Source: Reclinomonas americana ATCC 50394 (Eukaryota). Taken from it: DNA of 57,192 nt. Of this stretch, positions 49,205-57,192 are shown in pieces; within the stretch, counting starts at the first letter, position 1, and each line of letters begins with the position of its first letter. A program made the translations under genes and the position numbers. The notes below the pieces were generated by a model that worked only from the letters and a program-made list of their open reading frames with translations, did not search any database and was not told the origin of the DNA. The stretch is from the NCBI GenBank assembly GCA_048213135.1, contig PS015262.1:22300-79491 (forward strand), written 5' to 3'.

Positions 49205-52200
49205 TACGCCGACTCCTTCAGCCCTGTGGACACTGCCGCCACTGGAGCAACGCCGCCTCCTCCTGTGGTTCCTCCGCTCTTGCTCTCCTCCTCGCAGCCA
49301 CCCTCGTCCTCTCTCGCTGCTGGTTCTGCGGCGCCTGCGGCGGTGGGCGCGGCAGTGGCGGCGGGTGTGGCGGTGCAGCCACGACGGTCGCCGCGTGGGG
49401 TGCCGTATGGTGAGTCAGGGAGGGAGAGAAGGAGGGAGGGAGGGAGGGAAAGGGAGAGGGAGAGAGGGGAGGGAGAAAGATTGTTGCTGTGTACTGTGAG
49501 ATGAAGACTTGAGGTCGGCAGAGAGACGCAAATTGCGATTGTTGCTGCTGAGAGATACCTGTTGTCACGGACGTGAGGGAGGCTCCAGAGAAACGCCGTG
49601 TGTATGGTGAATGAGCTGCCTCGTTCGCGTGGTGAGCAGAGGCACAGATTGCGATTGTTGCTGTTCACTGTGAGATAGCTGTTGTCAAGGACTTGAGGGA
49701 GCCTCAGAAGGATCACTGCCTTTGTTTGCGTGGTGGGCAGAGAGGCGCAGATTGCGGTTGTTGCTGTGCATTGTGGGTTAGATGTTGTCGAGGACTTGAG
49801 AGAGAGCCTCAGAAGAAGCACCTTGCAGGGGTGAAATATCTGCCTCGTTCGCAAAGTCCTTGACAACAGCTATCTCACAGTGAAGTGCTGCATGTTGCGA
49901 CTGTTGCTGTGCACTGTGGGTTACCTGTTGTCAAGGACTTGAGAAAGGCTCAAGAGGAACACCTTGAGCAAAGTGAGATAGAGCTGCCTGAGACTGCTGC
50001 TGTGCATTGTGAAATAGCTGTTGTCGAGGACTTGAGAGAGAGCCTCAGTAGAATCACCATGCGCAGTTAGAAATTTTTTGCCTCGTGTGGATACTTCCGA
50101 AGAGTCTACATTGCGTGTTGATGCCATGCACTCGTTGCCAAGTCCCACTGTGACTAGCATGCCCCTATCGAAAGTGAGGCAGTGACAGAAGCTGCTGCCA
50201 CTTTGCATGCGTGGGCGGTACCCGCTCTCTCCCCTGATGTGTTATTGTTGCTCTGTCTCTCTATTCGTCTGTGCCCATTTGTTTTCCGAGCTTGTCCTTA
50301 TTTTTCCTCTCCCTTGTACCTTCGCCTTTTCTTTCGCTCTCCTTCCCCCCTCCCCCTCCCTCNNNNNNNNNNNNNNNNNNNNGTACCGTCCTCTCCTCCT
50401 CTGTAGTTGTTTAGTTGTCGTCTCTCTCTCTTCTTCTTCGTTCGTCGTCGTCGTTCGTTTCGTTTCGTTCGTCTCTTCTTCTTCTTCTCTCTCGTCTTCT
50501 TCTTCTCTCCTCCCTCCCCTCCCCTCCCCTCCCCCTCCCCCCCCCCCCTCTCCCTCCCACAGCCAGCCGCACCCTGGTCAACCGCGTCCCCGCCCCGCCC
50601 GTCATTTACCAAAACTCAGCCACGCAAGCCATCGTCTCGCCTCGCATCGCCGCCTCAGGCATTCTCGAGGCGAGCGCCGACGAGATGTCGTCGTCCGCCT
50701 CGTCGTCACTGGACCGGCGGCAGAGCTCCATGTCGTCCATGTCGAGCAGCATGACGGACTTTGACAAGTCGTTTTCGCAGTTGACTGGTGGTGCTGGTGG
50801 CAGTGCTGGTGAGTTGAATCTCAAGAAAGAGAGCGAGAGGGGGAAGAGGGAAAGGGAGGGCGAAGGGAGAGAGTGATGGGAATGAGAGGGAGAAAGAGAA
50901 AGAGAGAGAGAGAGAGTGAGCACTATTCTACCCCTCCTGTCACCTGTCTCTCCTCTCTATCCACAATCAGAGAAAGAGAGAGAGAGAGGTGTAAAAGCGT
51001 GCACGTTCCTCTTATTCATCTCTTCCCTTCCCTCATCATCTCTCACTCTCTCGCTCTCTTCTTCTTCTTTCTTCTCTCTTTCACCCTTTCCCCTTTCCCC
51101 CTTCCTCACCAACTCACCTCTTCTTCGTGGCCTTTGCCTTCCACCCCAGGTGGTACGCTGGAGGAGCGACGGCGCAAGGTGGCCCTCACCGTGGAGAGCC
51201 TCAAATCGCAAACTCATACTGCGCTCCACGCGGCATCAACGCGCTCTCTCTCCACCGTCACCGAGGGCTCGGCCGGCATTCAGCGCATTCTCGACGGCTT
51301 GCGTGCACTGCGCATGTCCGCGCCTCGTTGCGTTTCGCTCACCTACTTGGCATTTTCCTGCCTCTCTTCTCAACCATGTGCACTCCAGCTGTCGACACGA
51401 CGGTGGAGGAGTGGCACGCCACATTCGATGATGTGTTCCGAACATCGGAGGGTGTCAAAATCCTTGTGCACTTTTTCAGCATCCGTTCCTCCTCCTCGCT
51501 GCGACAAGCCATTCTTGAGTTTCTCGAGATTCTCGGTGCGAGGGCTGTCCGCTACCCAGACAGAGATATATGCTTTGATGAGTGACTTTTTCTTTCCTTG
51601 CAGCGCACAGTGACGCCCTGCAACCCAAGGACATCCGTGCTCTGGTTCCGCTGCTGATTGCAGACGAAGAGGTTCTTGAGTTGATGTGTTAGATAAGAGA
51701 CGAATATGACATGCTCACTCTTCCAACTCAACTGCAGATCAGCAAACCGGCTGCTGCGCTGATTGGATGCGCCGGTGTGTTCTTTATTTTCTGCAGCACG
51801 ACATCCACACGTTCGGGGGAATTGACATTCATGTGTTTACAGCACACAACAGGAAGCCGGTGCAAGATGCTGTGCGCAGTGAGAACGGCATTGCAGCGCT
51901 GTTGATGATATTGAAGGATCACGACAAGGATGTGCTGCATCGGCAGGCGGCGGCCGGTGCGCTTGCCAACTTGAGTTGCGCCACAACTCCCTCCCGTCCC
52001 CCCGTCGTATTCGATATGCTGCTGACCAGCCTGGCAATATATAGTCTACGAGAACTACAAGAACGCTCGTCTGGTCCTGCACTGGCTTCCGGTGGTGGTG
52101 CGCTCGCTGCTGCCGATGCCGGGTCGAGATATTGCGCCGCTGCTCTTCCGTATGATTGGCAACATTGGTGTGTGTGTACATGCACGGGTTGGCCACTCAT

Positions 52201-53275
52201 GAATGCAAGCTCGGCTAACCACGATGCAGCCGCGGATGCGCGTCTGATCAGCAAGCTGTTGAAGGAGACCGAGTTGATGATTGCTCTGTGCACGGCCTAT
52301 GACGGCTCCGATGCCCCCGATGTTGCGTCGCGTGTCTTTTTATGGTCAAGGGAGTGCATCGTGCATGACTCATCGCTGTGCTGCAGACGGCTGTGTCGGA
52401 TCCACTGTTTGTCAAGCGGCGCGCCGAGGCTGCGTGGGCGCTCTCCAACATTGGTTTGTCTGCATGCCTCCACAGTGGTGAATGTAGTTGAAGCGAACTT
52501 ACGCAGTGTCACGTGCAGTGTCTTCCAGTTGGATGAGCAAGTCGGCCGGCAAGCAGCGTGTGCGAGATGGACGCATGAGCATTCGCGCACGTCTCACCAG
52601 CGAGTCCGCGAGTCGCCACGTGGTGCTGTTTGACCAGTTGAATCTGAGTGAGAGACCACAAATCACCGAGGTCGACTTGTGTGCGGCATCTGCGGCTCTG
52701 TTTGCGTCGCTCGGTGCGTTCTGCGAAGGAAGAAAAAAGGGTAGCTTGGTCTGCAGTTGCTGATTACAATTCTCCTCCCCGGCAGCCTACGGCAACGACG
52801 ATGATCGTGCACACATGGCGCACGATTTGCCCAAGACCGTCGAGCATCTCTGCCACGCGCTCGGTGTGCAGGCATCGGAGGGTTAGTGGCGGTGGGTTTG
52901 GGCGAGATGCCAGAGCAAGGTGGTCTGACTCGCGATTCTGCAGTTCTCTCACGAAGCGCCGCGCGTGCTCTACTCAACCTGTGTTGCGTCATTGGTTCGA
53001 GTCTGCTCATGTTTCTCACGGCTGTTCTCATTCGTTGCGGTGATGCAGTCACGTTTGTGCCGTTTGGACAGGTGCGGCAGAGGGGATTGAAGGGGTTCTG
53101 CGATTGTTTTTGTTTCTCATCCACAGGTGTGCAGCCGCTACCTGCCGAGCAGCTCGGCCGAGCACGAGCGGCACTGGAAACAGCCTCAAAGAGTGAGGGC
53201 GTGTCACCCGACACACAAGAATACGCGAGGCTGGCGTTACAGGTGCCAGCATTCGCCGACGTGCAGGCAGTGTGA
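49205..53275 (+). CDS. Armadillo-repeat protein with low-complexity N-terminus; 5' end missing in a gap
   Basis: GVKILV, AAALIGCAAHNRKPVQDAVRSENGIAALLMIL, AAAGALANL, EAAWALSNI, SAARALLNL; TGA at 53273-53275. Confidence 0.75.
49479..50060. repeat. Degenerate intronic minisatellite (about 6 units of roughly 100-120 bp) containing one inverted segment
   Basis: Recurrent core ttgcgattgttgctgtgcactgtgagatagctgttgtcaaggacttgag near 49479, 49533, 49649, 49752, 49895 and 49992; perfect reverse complement at 49854-49884. Confidence 0.85.
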
Positions 53276-53392
53276 TAGGAAGGGCTGTGAGTGGCTCCAA
53301 AGTAAATGCGAAGCGATCCATCAACCCTTGATTAGGCAGCGACAAACGTCGAACATCGCCGCATGTCCTTCCCACCTGTCCCAATCAACCGC

Positions 53393-54087
53393 ATGCTTGC
53401 AAGTGGAGAGAAGAAACGCATCGGGCACGCCAAGTGCGAGGTCTGCACGGAGAACCTCTCCAAGTACAAGTGCCCACACTGCACACTGGTATAGTTGCGT
53501 GACATAAAAACACAATGCATGCACGATGAATGCTGCATGCTGACTGCAAGCAACGCATGCATTCAGCTGTTCTCTGGTGTGCTTCAAGCAGCACAAAGGT
53601 AAGAGAAAGAGCTATACCCTCTCTACCTCTCCCTCTTCTCCCTTCTCATGTCCTTGCTCAGCGGTCGACGAAGGCTCGTCAGCTCCCTGTCGCGGACTGT
53701 CATCTTCAGCAGATCAACAGTCGGCGATGGGTGCTCGAGGCACAGACAAGGCCGAGAAGGAGGAGACAGATGAGGATCGCCTCGTGTTGAGCGATGCGCA
53801 GCTGGCTTGCTTGAGTGAGTGTGTCAAGGCTTCCTTCGTGTTGTCACACACTGACACTCTCTAACGAAGGCAACCCGTCTCTCATTCGCCGCCTGGCCGA
53901 TCCGGAACTGCAACGCGTGTTGCATCTCATTGACAGCGCCGTGGAGGTGCTTCCCAACGGACGACGTGTGGATCAGCGAGAGCACGTGCTGCGCGAGTGG
54001 TTGGCGGTGCCTGAATTCCGCGAGGTGGCCGACGAGATGCTGCAGGCTGTTGGTGTGCGGCCAATCGACAAGCAGGAGATTGAGTGA
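53393..54087 (+). CDS. ZNHIT3: Zinc finger HIT domain protein 3 (Hit1 / TRIP3-like), box C/D snoRNP assembly factor; 3 introns
   Basis: CEVC...KYKCPHCTLVYCSLVCFKQHK (zf-HIT) and a C-terminal LADPELQRVLHLID...PEFREVADEMLQAV. Confidence 0.88.
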
Positions 54088-54310
54088 GCCCTTGGTACTC
54101 GGCAGCATGCAAGCGACATCACCACCAAGACGCTCGAGACAGTCGAGCATGCCTGGTCACGGTTGTGGATGAGCAACAGCTTGCGTTACATGCGTGCGCA
54201 ATGTCGCACGCGCGAGAGAGAGAGAGATAGACGAGTGTAATCCCGCCACAGCAAGTCTATGACTAACGGCAGGTTTAATTCCACTTCTGTCACCATCGGC
54301 ACGGGCCACC

Positions 54311-55596
54311 TCATGAGAGTGGGTGCCTCAATTCAAATGCTCCTGTGCCACTCTTGATCGGAATGCCCATGACCAAGTTGGCAGCCGGCGTGCGCAACGT
54401 ATCCACGTCTCCGCAACTGCACGTAGAAGGAGATCGTTTCAGTAACCTTTGTTCTCACTCGCGCACTCGCTCTCTCTCTCTCTCATTCACATGCACTCTC
54501 TCTCTCTCTCACGCACTCACTCACTCACTCTCTCTCTCTCTCTCACACTCACACACACTCCGTCATTCACTCCCTCACTCCTTTCTCTTTCTACTCGTCT
54601 CTCCTCCATTTCCTTCCCCCTCTCTCCTCCATTTCCTTCCCCCTCTCTCCTCCATTCTCTTTCTCCCCCTCGCCACCACGCAACAGTGCTGCATCCGTGA
54701 GGAACTTGACGGTAGTTTCGTACGACATTTTCAGGAACGGCGACACGTGCGCCGTCATGCCAATGCGATTGAAGCCCTTCCAGCCACCCTCGAATGTCTG
54801 CGTTCACCTCAAGTGAGCAAAGAGACGAAATCAAGTCTCTCTGCCATCATGCATCGCAAACGCACCGCATAATCGGCAATGAGCTGCAAGTGTCTCCAAT
54901 CGACAGTGATGCCGTAGGCGTCGAACACACCCTTCAGCTCACGCGTGATCAGAGTTCTGCATTACACGGACAGTGAGTATCAATCTGAGAGGTCGTAAGT
55001 GTGTGCGAGAGTACATACCTGGCCGCCTCCACGCCATAGGTGTTGAGGATGGCGCGCACATCATTGCAGTACAGCGAGTTCACGTCGAGAATGTCGGAGC
55101 GCTGCCAGATGGCCGGGAAATTGGCGCCGGTCACGTTGAGCACAAACTGTGAAGACGGGATCAGTCAGAGAGTGCATTCCAGGATCCCGCAATAACAATA
55201 CACTCCCGATCTTTTCCCAATGCAGAGTGCACTTGCTTTCCCTCTTGTCGCTCGTCTCCATCTTCGACTTTGCTCTCTCTCCCTCTCTTTCTCTCTCCTT
55301 CTCTCCGATTCCCCCCTTCCTCTCTCCCCTGTCGCTCATCTCAATCATCGACTTCCCTCTCTCTCTCTCCCTTTCCCCTTTTCTCTCACCTGTCCCCCTT
55401 CTCTCACTCTCTGCTTCCCCCTTCCTTTTCCCTTCCTTTTCCCTTCTCCCTTCCCCCTTCTCACCTGCATGGACGTGCCCTCCTGCTTCTCCGTCAGCGT
55501 GCAGTTGGAGATGCCGCGCGTGCTTGTCAGCAGCACCTTGGCCGCCACCGACTCGGCCACCGAGAGAACCAACACCTTTTTCTCCATGGCAGAGTG
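54311..55596 (-). CDS. RPA1: RNA polymerase I largest subunit, last exons
   Basis: TGANFPAIW, DVNSLYCNDVRAILNTYGVEAAR, VFDAYGITVDWRHLQLIADY, TFEGGWKGFNRIG, SPFLKMSYETT and TPAANLVMG...GTGAFEL; no Pol II heptad CTD. Confidence 0.92.
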
Positions 55597-55623
55597 CTGA
55601 CCAACACAAGAGCCCGACATGAG

Positions 55624-55661
<38 letters not shown>

Positions 55662-56128
55662 NNNNNNNNNNNNNNNNNNNNNNNNNNNNNNNNNNNNNNN
55701 NNNNNNNNNNNNNNNNNNNNNNNNNNNNNNNNNNNNNNNNNNNNNNNNNNNNNNNNNNNNNNNNNNNNNNNNNNNNNNNNNNNNNNNNNNNNNNNNNNNN
55801 NNNNNNNNNNNNNNNNNNNNNNNNNNNNNNNNNNNNNNNNNNNNNNNNNNNNNNNNNNNNNNNNNNNNNNNNNNNNNNNNNNNNNNNNNNNNNNNNNNNN
55901 NNNNNNNNNNNNNNNNNNNNNNNNNNNNNNNNNNNNNNNNNNNNNNNNNNNNNNNNNNNNNNNNNNNNNNNNNNNNNNNNNNNNNNNNNNNNNNNNNNNN
56001 NNNNNNNNNNNNNNNNNNNNNNNNNNNNNNNNNNNNNNNNNNNNNNNNNNNNNNNNNNNNNNNNNNNNNNNNNNNNNNNNNNNNNNNNNNNNNNNNNNNN
56101 NNNNNNNNNNNNNNNNNNNNNNNNNNNN

Positions 56129-57075
56129 CCGCAGCTGGTGATATGGATGATTCAAGTCTATGTGTATAAGATGGTGGCCGCCATGAGGAAGGAACTGAAG
56201 AAGAAGCAGACAAAGGAGTTGCGTGCACTTTGTGCCTTGAAAAAGTCAACAGCAGTGAGAATGACACTCGCTGTTTGCATGCAGATCCGGCGGTGATTTC
56301 GTGGTAGTCGACGCCAAGGGAGAGAGCGATGTGATGGGTGATGGCGCTGGCGACGCCACCATGGAGGTGGACGACGAGGAGAAACCGGCGGACGCGAATG
56401 CTTCGAAGAAGAAGAAGAAGAAGGCCGAAGACGAACACAAGAAGGGCATGCATGACGATGATGATGCGACCACCACGCGTTCTCGAATGCGCAAGAAGGA
56501 GAGTGCGTCGTATGATGAACCCGACGAGGCCATGGAGGCGACGGATCCTGCTGGCGACAAGACCACTGGCCTTGCGGATATCGACGCGGAGGAGTCGGCC
56601 GACGAGGAGACAGCGGAAGCAGAAGTGGCGACTCCCAAGTCATCGAAGAAGAAGAAGAAGACAGCGGCGGCACCGGCGGCTTCGCCGGCAGGCGCATCTT
56701 CCTCCACGCCAGTCTCTCGCAAGACCAGTGTGGCCAAGATGATGAAGGCGCTGGATGAGGAGTCGCCGGACAAGAAGTGGGACGTGTGCATGGACAAGTT
56801 CAATGAGCTCGTCTCGTACAACTTTGACTGGGAGCATCAGCGGTGGTTCGAGTTCACCTGGCAGGTTTGTCTTTGTCAAGAATGATGCGTGTGTGCGAGA
56901 GAGAGAGAAAGAGGTGCTCATGTCGGGTTCTTGTGTTGGTCAGCACTCTGCCATGGAGAAAAAGGTGTTGGTTCTCTCGGTGGCCGAGTCGGTGGCGGCC
57001 AAGGTGCTGCTGACAAGCACGCGCGGCATCTCCAACTGCACTTTGACGGAGAAGCAGGAGGGCACGTCCATGCAG
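56129..57075 (+). CDS. RPA1: RPA1 upstream exons (acidic insertion/expander region) on an oppositely oriented contig, including a second copy of exon 55465-55596
   Basis: Acidic/Lys-rich region with SASYDEPDE, then YNFDWEHQRWFE|HSAMEKKVLVLSVAE...RGISNC, the last exon being identical in protein to the minus-strand exon. Confidence 0.82.
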
Positions 57076-57192
57076 GTGTGAAGAGGGAAGGGGGAGAGAG
57101 CGAGAGAGAGGAGAGAAGGGAAAAGGGGAGAGAGAAGGGGGAGTGAAAGAGAGAGAGAGAGAGAGGAGGAGGAGAGGAGGAGTACGGAAGAG

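Noticed and set aside
49479-50060. CRISPR-like repeat-spacer array
   Set aside because: The inter-core segments are themselves homologous, the cores are degenerate and uneven, there are no cas genes, and it lies in a eukaryotic intron.
3925-56284. GTTGCG introns as an Introner-like mobile family, or as introns cut after the G (TT start)
   Set aside because: I see no shared sequence beyond about 7 nt and no consistent terminal repeats; shifting the cut destroys conserved residues or creates a stop (53494).
1-57192. Alternative genetic code (stop reassignment)
   Set aside because: All in-frame stops examined fall in plausible introns, and TAA, TAG and TGA each terminate genes normally.
1-57192. 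tRNA, rRNA, snRNA genes or transposase/reverse transcriptase ORFs
   Set aside because: None recognisable by eye; covariance-model searches would be needed to exclude small RNAs.

Overview
Gene-dense, intron-rich, GC-rich nuclear DNA from a flagellated eukaryote, probably a protist (taxon not determinable from sequence), in a gapped draft assembly with many (CT)n/(GT)n/(GAA)n tracts. Manual splicing gives about 13 genes: a partial unknown gene, a Cache/HAMP receptor-type adenylate cyclase, CFAP57/WDR65, a secreted Cys-rich protein, two unknown membrane proteins, a secreted mosaic protein, a Kelch+U-box E3 ligase, presequence protease PITRM1/Cym1, an equilibrative nucleoside transporter, a giant coiled-coil repeat protein, an ARM-repeat protein, ZNHIT3 and the 3' part of RNA polymerase I RPA1. 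The most striking signal is in the splicing code. At least 31 introns (roughly a fifth to a quarter by rough manual count) start GTTGCG(T) and almost never have G as the last exon base, while most other donors are G|GTGAG, G|GTGCG, G|GTGTG or similar. This looks like a second donor class shifted by one nucleotide. Other oddities: an antisense, frameshifted EGF-repeat relic inside an intron, an intronic minisatellite with a perfect 31-bp inversion, tandem exon+intron duplications, and two probably mis-oriented contigs. All gene models are hand-derived and unverified by RNA data.
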